Below are positions 1 through 11,779 of a stretch of DNA of 64,000 bases, in pieces (within the stretch, counting starts at the first letter, position 1; every line of letters begins with the position of its first letter). The notes under the pieces were generated by a model, which was given only the letters and a program-made list of their open reading frames with translations, ran no database searches and was not told the origin of the DNA. A program made the translations under genes and the position numbers. Origin of the DNA: Octopus vulgaris (taxonomy: Eukaryota). Where the stretch lies: contig OX597826.1 of assembly GCA_951406725.2 (NCBI GenBank), forward strand, positions 16,430,001 to 16,494,000, given 5' to 3'.

Positions 1-428
1 CAGATTTGCTTGTCAGTTGTTTGACCTTAACCAGTTGAGCATGTCCCTTAGTGGCTGACGATATGTGCATCTCTGATCACGAGCAGAAGTAGTGGGGGAG
101 CATCATAGCCATGTGTTGAGAAGGATTCTTTGGGGTTTGAATAATTCACCTCTGGAAACATGGGTGTTTCATTCAACGTCCTTAAACAACCCTTATTCAG
201 GGACCTTTTGAGCGGGATGGGTTACTCGATCTGAAGAAAATTCTAACTGGGCTCCACCTGCAAGGTCATGTGCTGTTTATCTTGATATGAGATCACCATA
301 TCGCGCACATATGGTTGTGATGCATGTGCCTGATGTACCCTTATCAGACGGGTAGTCATGATGGGTATACTGGGCTTCGTATATTTGACCCCAGTGTCAC
401 TTTGATGGCATGCTCTGCTCGCTCACTC

Positions 429-478
<50 letters not shown>
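1..478 (+). mobile_element. 3' end/UTR of a probable non-LTR retrotransposon running into an (AAT)n tract (possibly Dong/R4-type, which target TAA repeats)
   Basis: GC-richer non-coding segment ending abruptly in (AAT)n at ~429-478. No ORF is present in the window, so the family call is inference only. Confidence 0.35.
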
Positions 479-506
<28 letters not shown>

Positions 507-846
507 AAGAGAAAGAAAAAGAAGAGAATTAGAATAATAATCCTTTGTCCAATAGATACAATGCGTGAGATTTTAGGCGAGGGTCATAGTCGATTACATC
601 AACCCCAGTACTAGATTGCTACTTATTTTACCGCTAAGCATTTCGCCCGGCGTGCTAACGATTCTGCCAGAAGAAGAAGAAGAAGAAGAAGAAGAAGAAG
701 AAGAAGAAGAAGAAGAAAAGGAGAAGGAGGAGAAGAAGAAGAAGAAGAAGAAGAAGAAGAAGAAGAAGACGAAGAAGAAGAAGAAGAAGAAGAAGAAGAA
801 GAAGAAGAAGAAGAAGAAGAAGAAGAAGAAGAAGAAGAAGAAGAAG
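429..846. repeat. Trinucleotide microsatellites (AAT)n, (AAG)n, (GAA)n around a short decayed SINE fragment (~540-670)
   Basis: Repeats read directly. They explain the poly-N/K/E/F/S ORFs at 324-1061. Confidence 0.95.
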
Positions 847-1838
847 ACCATAAAATCCCGATTTGGGATTAGAAGCGTGAGACTCAGAACAGAGATTAAA
901 CGATCCTTAACTTCTGCATAAAAGCAAAACCATCCTATAAGAAACCTCAGCAGCATGCAATGAAACATAATAATATAAGTCACCTCAGAGATATGTGGTG
1001 ATGGAGAAGAATAAATAAATCCTGTTCTCCCCGGCAGCCTAGTCTTGACCAAGCAAAACATATATCCACAGACACCAGAGATCTGAAACTCAAATACTCT
1101 GAATGCTAGCAGAAACAGAATGTAGATCGTTCAGGCTTATCCCTGAAAAGGTATCAGAAAAGGACCAAATAACAATCGTTAGGATATATTAATGAAAATA
1201 CACTGGGAGTTCAATATAGTCAACCATATTGCTGAAGACGTCCACGTCGAGAAAGTAAATATATCTTCTAATAGATATATCAGTTACTACAATATACCTC
1301 GAAAAGAATTAAAAGAGGTGTTGAAATAGAGAGATTTGATATAAGGGATCATCCGTGTGAACCCTGAAGGCAAAAGGAAATTCCATAGAATACCAGACGC
1401 TTTAGTTAGAGTCAATAATATGCAGACAAATGCATAACGAACATTCAATAACGTAGAGAACATTCAAAATAGTAACAGAAAAAAACAATGAGACAAAACG
1501 GAGTATATACCCATGGAGCACGACGCTGTGCTCGAAATTACAGTGAATGTCCACAGTGCGAATGACACTGTCTTTTATTTTATACATGTTTCAGTCACTC
1601 GATTGAAGCTATGAAGGAACAGTGACTTCAAGACTTTATCGAATAAAACGATAATAGGGATCTTTTAACTCTAGTATTTCTGGTATCGGTTTCGTTTGAA
1701 GAACCTATAGATTACGCGCAAGTAAAGAAACCAACACCACACACACACATATATATATATATGAAAGTCTCTGTGTACCTCTTTCTCCCTCTATCTCTCA
1801 CTATATATATATATGTACCTGTACATCATCTCCAAACC

Positions 1839-1886
<48 letters not shown>

Positions 1887-1890
<4 letters not shown>

Positions 1891-2098
1891 TAATCCAAAC
1901 AAGAAAACACAGAAAAAAAGAGAAAAAAACACAGCAACGCAGGACGTGGAACAATTAAAGTATTATTGACGCTCAGGAAAGAAGGAAAGGAGGGCTTAAC
2001 GTTTCGAGCGGAGCTCTTCGTCGGAAACAAGGAGAAGGAAAGATCCCAAGAAGGGAAGACAGAGGAAAAAATATTTGAGCTGGTGGTGCTCAAGAGAT

Positions 2099-2101
<3 letters not shown>
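1887..2101 (-). mobile_element. ~210-bp non-coding element between (TA)n tracts ('family A'), carrying a minimal hammerhead-like motif at 1994-2028
   Basis: Reverse complement matches 50816-51013. Minus strand reads GTTT-CCGACGA-A-GAGC-TCC-GCTC-GAAA-CG-TT-AAGC. Confidence 0.75.
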
Positions 2102-2163
<62 letters not shown>

Positions 2164-2180
2164 GTATATGTATGTATAAA

Positions 2181-2652
2181 TCATTAGAAGAATCAATTTA
2201 TTAGAGTCCAATAAATGTCATAAAAGAAATGGAACAGGTTTTGATGCTAATATGGACTATCTAGTTAATTTACCCAGACAGCTGTTTCTGACGCCAAATG
2301 CTATATTTCTGGTATACAATTGAAGAATAGATGTTTCAACGAAAGTAATACACAAAATTATATTATGTAATCTGGATAATAAATACTAAAATATCTAATT
2401 ATAATTTAGAATATCTACAATATTTAATTATTATCCATTGATGAGTTCCAACTGACACAATATAATATTTTGTATTACTTTTGTTTAAAATATTTAATTA
2501 TTATCCACTGATGAGTTCCAAATTAGATAATAAAATATTGTCTATTACTATTGTAATATATTATATATATAATCTATATTAGCATCAAAACCTGTTCCAT
2601 TTCTTTGATTACATTTATTGAACTCCGTCGCATAAATTGATTCTTCTAATGA
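2181..2652. mobile_element. Fold-back element with ~72-bp terminal inverted repeats and hammerhead half-motifs (probably PLE pseudo-LTR derived)
   Basis: 2181-2253 is the inverted copy of 2576-2652. There is an internal ~70-bp direct duplication (2419-2555). TTATCCA-CTGATGA lies on + (2501-2514) and GAAA-CAGCTG-TC-TGGGTAA on - (2270-2288). Confidence 0.7.
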
Positions 2653-3041
2653 TATTTATATATCTATATATTCATACGGAACTGAAAGGAATCCCTTAAA
2701 GTATGATAAAAATATCTTGGATGCCTTGGGATTAAAACCTTAAGTGAAGAAGTTTTTACGCCAAAATGTAAAAAGTAAGCAAGACACTTTTTTTACATTT
2801 TGGCGTTTGCTGGGTTTTTTCTTGGGAACAAACTCTTTGTGTTAAGGCGATTTGACGTCTATGTCTAGTGTATATAGAAATCCACTTTACTGGTCATTCC
2901 TCTTATTAATTGTAATATAATTTTTAAATCTTCAGATTTTTTTTGAATATGTTAGACCACTGGTTTAAATTGATGTTAATTGATTCATATCAATTTCTAC
3001 CCTTATTATTTTAATTTACACACACACACAGGCACATACAT

Positions 3042-3123
<82 letters not shown>

Positions 3124-3128
<5 letters not shown>

Positions 3129-3721
3129 TAAATGAGGTTCAGCTAATTGCTTCACCACATGGCGAATTTAGAAATAGGAGTTAAAATTCCTTTTCTGATA
3201 CTATAAGAATATCCATGACAGTAAACATACTTTTTTACGAGGGCAAAGGAAAAACAACGAATCAACATGACCAGGATTAACTATATACGTGTTTCGAGAT
3301 TAGAGTGATTTTTAATTTTACTTACTTCTCTCTTCAGTATAGTATTTCCAATTATAAAACTTGAAAGTGCTAGGGCCGAATATGCACACAATCGGGCGAC
3401 ATCATGTAACCGATATCCAACCAATACTTCTAAAATTTACAGAGCCGAATGTGAATACACTATTCAAACTCTATTCCCACGTGTATGCTACGAGCAATAC
3501 CGCAGAAAACTGCAGTATTTTATCATGATGTAAATAGTAATTTTAAATTAATAATAGAACGGTAAAATTTATTAATTAGATTAATTAATTAATTAATCAA
3601 TTAATTATTAATTTTACCAAGTATATCGATACGTTAAAATAACATTTATAGGTAAAATTATCCACACAATTATAATTAGGGTTCAGTTAATTGCTTCACC
3701 ACATACCGAATTTAGAAATAG
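3124..3721 (-). mobile_element. 544-bp-period non-coding unit bounded by ~54-bp direct repeats, abutting (TA)n and containing a hammerhead ribozyme
   Basis: 3124-3177 is repeated at 3668-3721 (offset 544). The second copy is cut by a SINE. Confidence 0.7.
3280..3343 (-). ncRNA. Type I hammerhead ribozyme, apparently intact core, minimal stem III
   Basis: Minus strand: ACTATA-CTGAAGA-GAGA-(27 nt)-TCTC-GAAA-CACG-TA-TATAGT. Stem I is a perfect 6 bp, stem II is 4 bp, all core nucleotides are present and the cleavage triplet is GUA. Confidence 0.8.
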
Positions 3722-3732
3722 AAGCAACCGAA

Positions 3733-3990
3733 GAGCTTGCTCGTGAAATTAACGTGCAAGTAGCTGAGCACTCCACAGACACGTGTACCCTTAACGTAGT
3801 GATCAGGGAGAACGTGTGACAAGGCTGACCATTTGAAATACAGGTACAACTCATTTTTGCCTCCTGTGTGGACTGCAGCAACGTGAAATAAAATATCTTG
3901 CTCAAGAACACAACGTGTCGCCAGGAATTGAACTCAAGACCTTTACAATCGTGAGCCGAATGCTCTAACTACAAAGCCATGTGCCTTCAC
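3733..3990 (-). mobile_element. tRNA-derived SINE, family 1 related (diverged)
   Basis: Shares TGCTCGTGAAATTAACGTG...GAGCACTCCACAGACACGTGTACCCTTAACGTAG with 42679-43069 and 58750-58985. tRNA-like head at ~3920-3990. Confidence 0.8.
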
Positions 3991-4049
3991 ACACACACAC
4001 ATATATGCAGATCTCTCTCTCACTATATATATATATATATATATATATG

Positions 4050-4684
4050 ATTTTTTGCGTAATGAGATTAAAAAAACCAAGGCTGTATAGATATTAGAGC
4101 ATTTATAGATAGAAGGTCTTACAGCTGATTCTAGAATATTAATTAATATTAATATCCCTTCATCGGAGACGGTGTGAGAGGAAAAAATAAGTCATAATTA
4201 GTTTCGATGTGATATAAATAGAGAGTGAGGTGGAGGAAAAAATATATTTAAGATATGTATGGTTATGGAGTTCATAAATCCGTTTTATAGGCATAATGGT
4301 ATATATGTGTATTATTCCAATATCCTTTGAGTAAAATCCAAAAGTCCAACAGAGTTTAATATGAGTCCATCGAGATTTAAAGTTTATAAGCAATACATAC
4401 ACACTCGGGAGAGCGAGTATTAAGCACTTCACACAATTCAACTCCGCTTTGTGTGTGGATTAATTCGCTTGAAGTCGTTTTGGGCACTTCTATACATATA
4501 TTAAGGCTTATGTTTCCAGTTTCTTGTCAACATCGTACAGACTAATAATGTCAGCTTTTCTTAGTACCTGATCTGTCGTATCTGTTGCATTAAGGCAGTG
4601 TTCTTCATGTAGCAGTGTCAGATTACTTCAGGTTACGCCATTAGATTTGCACTATGACACGATCATCACTCTGACCTATGTATA

Positions 4685-4732
<48 letters not shown>

Positions 4733-4821
4733 TACATAGGTCAGAGTGATGATCGTGTCATATATATATATATATATATATACATATATACATAGGTCAG
4801 AGTGATGATCGTGTCATAGTG

Positions 4822-4826
<5 letters not shown>
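4050..4826 (-). mobile_element. PLE-type relic between (TA)n tracts, with a hammerhead-like motif (4116-4170) and an inverted terminal duplication (4645-4826)
   Basis: Minus strand: GTCT-CCGATGA-A-GGGATATT...AATATTCT-A-GAAT-CAGCTG-TA-AGAC (one core mismatch). The 40-bp arm 4645-4684 is inverted at 4787-4826. Confidence 0.6.
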
Positions 4827-4868
<42 letters not shown>

Positions 4869-4909
4869 TATGTATATATATGTATATATATATATATATA
4901 AATAAATAA

Positions 4910-4940
<31 letters not shown>

Positions 4941-6825
4941 TTTATATATTATATTTTTGTACGTGTGAGTGAAACCTGTCTCAATGTAGGACAATACTGG
5001 ACATGATTTGTAAGTTATAACACGGAATTCTATCTCTTTCTCCACTTAGTTTATTGGTGCACATGAAATTATCAAGACATTTGCTGTCTGTAAAGTGATA
5101 ATCTTCGTGACTATTTATCAAATACATGTAGACAATAAATGTCTGTAATATACCACACTGTAATAGATGACGAGCACTAAATTCATATATATTATGATAT
5201 ATTTACATCATTTCAAAATACAAAACAATTTCATAAAAAAAATTTGAAATATATATCTATCATAAAATATTGAATTAAAATTTAACAATTCAACTTTAGC
5301 AATTTCTCGTTGCAGAGAAATTATACAGATTTTTTTTCATATGCCTCGATGATATTTTCATCACCAATAATAATGAATGATTTAAACAGGACATAATTAT
5401 AAAGAGCTACATATTTCTAATTCATTTCATTTTTTAAATATGTTTTAGAAATGAAATGTCTCCATAATGCAATAACGTTCCATATGAATATATTCTGGCT
5501 ATCACGTGAAACTCGTAGTGCAGCAAACTTTGTGTTATTTTATAGTTTGGAAGTTTGACGACAGGCATTCTATTAGTGCATCACAATCTTCAGGTTTATT
5601 TTTAAAATAGCTCTGAAAATTCCAGGGTCGCAATATATAACGGAAGTGTTGTAACCATATCCAGTATTTTGTATTTCAACATATAAAGATTATATAAGGT
5701 GTTTTCGTAAACTGACGTAAATCAATAGGTATGTACTATCAGTGCTCTGTCTGTCTGTCTGGCTTACCATTAAAACTATGGTTTGCACAGCAGCTGAAAG
5801 TGTAATGTTAAAGCTGCCTATCAGAGGCGGCTAGGAAGTAGTTACTCATTGAGCAGGTCGATGTAGATTAAAATAAAAAGGAAAGAGCAAAACGTTTGGC
5901 ATCACTTGATAAAGATATTTAACTTAGATGGAGAATATAATATAAGAGACTTTCTATATTTCAACATCTATTTAGAGACTCGTTCTCTTCCGGGCAACCA
6001 TTGCTATTTTTTAAATATCAGTTTATTGCAAATGTTTATCAAATTTCCTTATGGTGGGGGTATAATAATATTGTAAGTAGATGCTAGTGTAATAGACCCC
6101 AAACTTTGACTGCAGTATAAAACTTGCTGGTGGGGTTGCTGATTATATAATTGAAAATATGCATCATTATCACCCTTCACCCAATGTCCACTATCATCCA
6201 CATCAAAATGGTTTTGAACATTTGCCAAATATGTAATACTGCTTTTTGAATACGCGTACAAATCTAAATAATCTATAGATGTTATGAGATTCAAATGCGA
6301 ACATTACCCTTCCTGAAAATGTGTCTGTCCTCTTCCTCGTTAATTCATTCGACAGACTTGATATTATTTTGTGGGACAGGGAACAAAAGTCATGAACTGT
6401 TGAACTGTTGTAGAGATCGGCTGCCCAATGAGGGTGAATGTACAGTCGGAAATGCAAGAATTAATGCAGAACTTACATCGCTTTTAACTTGAGTATAAAT
6501 TCTATCATCATAGGTGCATTCGATTATGTAACTACAAATTTACACAAAATAACCTACTAATACTAAGTTTGTCGAAGAAAGATCATAAGAAACTGATACA
6601 GATTCTCTAAATCCATTTTATTAGAGACACAGTGAAGTTTGCTAAGCATTGCATAGATTCTCTATTTCAGATTCTTTCCGTGAGCAGATACAAACACTTC
6701 GGTGTCTGCATGGACAGCACAACAAACTCACTAACGCAACCACAAATTTAAAAATGCAGGGAACTCTCTCGACCCAAAATATCTTGAAATCTCTAAAGAG
6801 TTTGAATGAAAAACATGCATACAGA

Positions 6826-6843
6826 CATACACACACACACACA

Positions 6844-6909
<66 letters not shown>

Positions 6910-6926
6910 TAGATAGATAGATAGAG

Positions 6927-6996
<70 letters not shown>
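6826..6996. repeat. Compound microsatellite (CA)n(TA)n(GA)n(GATA)n
   Basis: Read directly. Confidence 0.95.
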
Positions 6997-6997
<1 letters not shown>

Positions 6998-6999
6998 AA

Positions 7000-7563
7000 A
7001 TAGTAAAAAGTGAAAAAACTACAGAAGGCTTGTTTTAGAAGGTTAAAGAATATATATTTGAGTCAATATGTCTGAAGGATGTTATAAATTTTTTTCCTAC
7101 AATGACATAGTTTTTGAAGAAATGACCGGTTTCGCGTTCAGCTTTTCAAATTTCTTACATCGTTATGTTTACGTTGAGAAGAGTTATCGTTATGTCTATG
7201 TTGAGAGGAGTTCCAGATAAGGGGAGGTAATAATTGATTTCTTCCGGTGTAAGGGAGATAATCGCTTAAAATTTCTTGCCTTTCTTTTGGAGTGAATTTC
7301 TCTGTGTAAGTATGTTGGAATGGTTAAATTTGTATTTTTCAATGAAGAATGTTTCTTTGTTTAGTCTAATTTGTGTTGGTGTTCCGATTGCACATTGGTA
7401 AAATGGAAAGATTAAAAATTGTGGTAGTAGTTGCTTTGCGCATTTCTCAATGTGCTCACTAAAGGGTATTATTCTGTATTCTGGGAATGCAATCTGTTGT
7501 CGATGCAGTGTGCATCTACGTCTGAGTGATAGTCCCGTGGACCCCACGTAGTCTTGTTCGGAT

Positions 7564-7568
<5 letters not shown>
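7000..7568 (-). mobile_element. 5'-truncated Penelope-like element: C-terminal GIY-YIG endonuclease fragment plus 3' region
   Basis: Minus frame 7266-7559 reads QDYVGSTGLSLRRRCTLHRQQI...SEHIEKC...FLIFPFYQ...RLNKETFFIEKY, matching the YIG motif, conserved R/H and catalytic E. A hammerhead 3' half GAAA-CCGG-TC lies on - at ~7124-7133. Microsatellites flank the element. Confidence 0.8.
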
Positions 7569-7620
<52 letters not shown>

Positions 7621-7749
7621 GTATATATATATGTTAATATATATTAATAATAATATCAGGGTAATAAAGATCTTAGAAATGTTTACTATCTGTGGCCTAG
7701 CGTGTAGAAAATTTAGTTAATACACTACATATTATTCATATAAATATAG

Positions 7750-8213
7750 TGTACATTTAAACACATAAGAGGTATCCGTCACAGGATTCCTTTCACGCTA
7801 GAAGGAAGAACAAAAGTCCAAGCCAGTATTAGGGATAAAAAGTCGAAGGGAATGAAACATAAAAACATTTACCATCTATCTCCCGGACCATTATTTCAGA
7901 CAATTTTTAGCATATAAGAAAATTTGTAAGGCGAACTCTTCATTAACAAGTGCGCCTAGATTAAACATTTACGTACGAGGATTTGCATCGTACTTATATG
8001 TTTAATCTAGGCGTACCTGTTGAGGAAGACTTCGCCTAGCAAATTATTTTTTTGTTAAAAAATGTCTAAAACCATGGTCGATGAGATAGATGGTAAATGT
8101 TTTAATTTTTATTCCCTCTAGTTTTTATCCTTTATAGTGGTTTGGATTTTAGCTGTTCCTTCCAGCGTGAAAGGGATCCTATGACGGATACCTCTTACGT
8201 GTTTAAATGTACA
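7750..8213. repeat. ~464-bp imperfect palindrome (centre ~7983) within a (TA)n-flanked element; each arm has a degenerate hammerhead
   Basis: TGTACATTTAAACAC...GCCTAGATTAAACAT is mirrored by ATGTTTAATCTAGGC...GTGTTTAAATGTACA. Confidence 0.9.
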
Positions 8214-9259
8214 CCTCATATATATATATATATATATATATACACTTATACATATATACTTATACACACTCATACGCACACACACACAATCAAACTTATT
8301 TCCGAAAGTTCATGTGTACACAAACACTGAATTATCTGAAACGATAAAAGAGCGAGTAACGGTAAGTAGAAGAACAGAACTATATGGAAATAAGTTTTTA
8401 ATACAATAAAACTGTCAAAAAGATGTATATGCTTCAGACATATATGCCCAAAGCGTCTCCATAAAAAAATGTTCTTAAAGAAAGAAAATCCCTTTTGTCA
8501 AAAAGATCTAACGAGTCTTAAATTTTCAGTATGACAGTCTGTCATTTAATAGCTCTTCTGAAATTCTTACAACAAAGGACTCCTATCAGTCACTCGCCAA
8601 ACAAATGAGAGCGCTTATGTGTGCATGTGTATACATGTTTGTGTGTGCCTTTGCCTGTGAGCGTGTTTTCCTGTGTACAGTTGTATGTATAAGAAAGAAA
8701 GAGCACATGTGACGTTTTAGTATTGTTGTGTGCTTAGGAAATTTGCTTCGAAGCCATATGACTCAGGTTTCAAACGTGATGCGCAGAGTCGACGAAGGCA
8801 AGTTTCTCGTATCCTATACAAGACACGGCCCGACCTATAATTTTAATATTTCGCTTAGGCATTGCGATGCTAATAACCTGACTTTAAAAGTGAATAATAT
8901 GCATAGGTTTCATTACCAAGGATCAGTCGAGTCCAGAGCATTAATAACAAATTGTTATGACAAAGAAATACACAATCAACAATTATCATATGAACTTCAT
9001 TAGCTTACAGATATTTCTGCTGTAAGGTGCAATGCACTCAGCGTTGACTGCTTGAGTATCAACTTATAACTTCATTGGAGCTTGAAACATGAAATGCAGT
9101 TTATTCGAGAAGAGCATATACTTTTATGTATATACATACAAAAGCATTACCATGAAAAAGCATACAAACCTGTAGGAAATGATATTCAGGAGCTCAAGAG
9201 GAAGACCATCCGAGATTTAGAATAACAAAATGTTTTTAAGTATTTAAGGATAGATATAT

Positions 9260-9493
9260 ATTTCTTTACTACCCACAAGGGGCTAAACACAGAGGGGACA
9301 AGCAAGGCCAGACAAAGGGATTAAGTCGTTTCCATCGGCCCCAGTGCGTAACTGGTACTTAATTTATCGATCCCGAAAGGATGAAAGGCAAAGTCAACCT
9401 CGGCGGAATTTGAACTCAGAACGTAACGGCAGACGAAATACGGCTTCGCATTTCGCCCGGCATGCTAACGTTTCTGCCAGCTCGCCGCCTTCT
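9260..9493 (-). mobile_element. tRNA-derived SINE family 2 (Meta-domain-like central motif), full length with TSD
   Basis: Near-identical to 22201-22432, 29478-29710 and 49162-49396. A-box TGGCAGAAACG and B-box GAGTTCAAATTCC. 17-bp TSD TTTAAGGATAGATATAT at 9243-9259 and 9494-9510. Confidence 0.92.
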
Positions 9494-10069
9494 TTTAAGG
9501 ATAGATATATGGTGAATATACGATGTAAAAATACAGTAAATAGAACTATCATTAAATGTATTGTAGGGAAAATAAATAGAATGACAATTTTGGAATACAA
9601 GACTATGAGAGAAATAGAAAAGAATACACATAATCGAGTTATATATCTGACTGGTTTGTGACTATATTATCAGTCAATACCACTTTTGGCCCTCTCTCTC
9701 TCTCTCACGCACTCTCTCTCACCTTATCTCTCTCAATCTCACTCTCACTTTCACTATCTCTCCCACTCTCTCTCTCTACACACACATACATATACAAGAA
9801 TTCACATTTAGCACTTTCTTTCTTGACTTTATACAAATACATATACATATATATATAGAAATATATATATATGAAAGAGAGAGAGAGAGAGGGAGAGAGA
9901 ACTAAGCTTAAAGAGAGAGGTCGTTTTAATGGGATATTGTTAAATATTGGAAAGGTGTCTATCTTCTTGAATGTCATTAATATCTAATTCCATTTTAGAA
10001 AAATACATTCGTAATTCAAATAATAGTAGACACGAGACAGTTTCCGATTCTATTTACAAGGTTAACAGT

Positions 10070-10480
10070 TTCAGTGGAGGAGTAAGTCTGTAATACCGAC
10101 CCCCGTACTCAACTGGTCATCGTTTCATAGATCACGAAAGGGATGAAAGGCAAAGTCGACCTCGGCAGAATTGGAGCACAGAACGTTAAGCCGGACGAAA
10201 TGCCACTTCAGTCTTTTGCCCGGCGTACTAATGATTCTGCCAGCACACCGACTTGATACAGTTCTTCATATTACTAGTCCAGTTAATGCGGTGAGTTGGG
10301 AAAAATGCTTAGTGTAAGTTCGTCCCTGCTCACTTTTTGAGAATTCCAATTCTACCGAGGTCGACTTTGCTCTTCATCCTTTCTGGGGTCGATAAATAAG
10401 TACCAATTGGGCACTGCGGTTGATGTAATCGACTGACACCCACAACCGAAGTTACTGGCTTTCTGCCACAATTTGAAATC
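10070..10480. mobile_element. Two old, diverged family 2 SINE copies, head to head
   Basis: GGATGAAAGGCAAAGTCGACCTCGG at ~10142 and its reverse complement CCGAGGTCGACTTTGCTCTTCATCC at ~10355. Confidence 0.75.
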
Positions 10481-10622
10481 AAGATTACTATTCAAGTTTA
10501 AAATGATTAACACTCGTATACAGCTGTATAAATAATATATAGCTGCGATGTGAATAGCATTTAACTAGGAGGATATATTTTGATGATCTTTATTTTTTAC
10601 ATTTATTTATTTACATATTTTA

Positions 10623-10983
10623 AAGAAGAAGAAGAAGAAGAAGAAGAAGAAGAAGAAGAAGAAGAAGAAGAAGAAGAAGAAGAAGAAGAAGAAAGAGGAG
10701 GAGAAGGAGAAGCAGAAGAAGAAGAAGGAAGAGGAGGAGGAGAAGAAGAAGGAGGAGGAGGAGAAGAAGAAGAAGGAGGAGAAGAAGAAGAAGAAGAAGA
10801 AGAAGAAGAAGAGATGAGGAGGAGGAGGAGGAGGAGAAGAAGAAGAAGAAGAAGGAGAGAGGAGAAGGAGAAGAAGAAGAAGGAGGAGGAGGAGAAGAAG
10901 AAGAAGAAGAAGAAGAAGAAGAAGAAGAAGAAGAAGAAGAAGAAGAAGAAGAAGAAGAAGAAGAAGAAGAAGAAGAAGAAGAA
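10623..10983. repeat. ~360-bp pure purine (GAA/GGA)n tract
   Basis: Read directly. Explains the ORFs at 10580-11060. Confidence 0.97.
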
Positions 10984-11235
10984 TACAAATGATTTAAAGT
11001 AACATATAGATTCATAACGGCAATCTCAATGGTTTTCATCTCTGCTAAAAATAAATTCATGCTTGATCCATTTATGGCTGTTGGAATTTCATATGCCTAG
11101 CTCCAGTTATGCCGTTTATATGTGAGCGTGTCTGTATGTGTGTATTAATGTGCGTGCATACATTTATATAAACATACAAACACACAAACATTTATACATA
11201 TATATCTTTGAAATTCCCATTTCCATTGTCAAACA

Positions 11236-11276
<41 letters not shown>

Positions 11277-11779
11277 AAGAAAGAGAGAGAATGAAAGAAA
11301 GAGAGTGGCATATATTTTATGACAAAATATTATATCCTATTTTCGGTTGAATTTCACCATTATTATATCATATCAAATATTGATTACCAAAATAGGTTTT
11401 AGGAAACCTTTTTAAATCATCAAATCTAATAATATCGTAGATTTGTATATGATTTGTCATATTGGTGTTTGGATATAAAAGTTTCTTCTTTCAGCTTTCT
11501 TTTATCAATTTGTCATAATTTCCATTCATTTCCCTGTTGTTCATCTGTACATTTCTCTTTCGTATCTGTATCATATAATTTTGGTATATTTTTGAGATTT
11601 TACTTTCTAATATGAGCAGTGGATATTAAAGATACAGTCAATAAACTAATATATTGGATAATTCTAATTGAATAAAGAGCTCATACTCTCTCTGATTTTT
11701 AGACTCAATATATAAATTTTAACTATATATTCTTTTGTATAATAAATCTTATCTTCTGTTGGTTGCGATAGCACTAGCA

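Noticed and set aside
1251-1280. Region just downstream of CTGAAGA-CGTCCACGTC-GAGAAAG (~1233-1256) examined as a hammerhead
   Set aside because: No consistent stem II/GAAA register, cleavage triplet or stem I.
9344-9661. Recurrent 'MRNWYLIYR...RRNLNSER' peptides (also at 49329-49854)
   Set aside because: They recur only because they are translations of the family 2 SINE.
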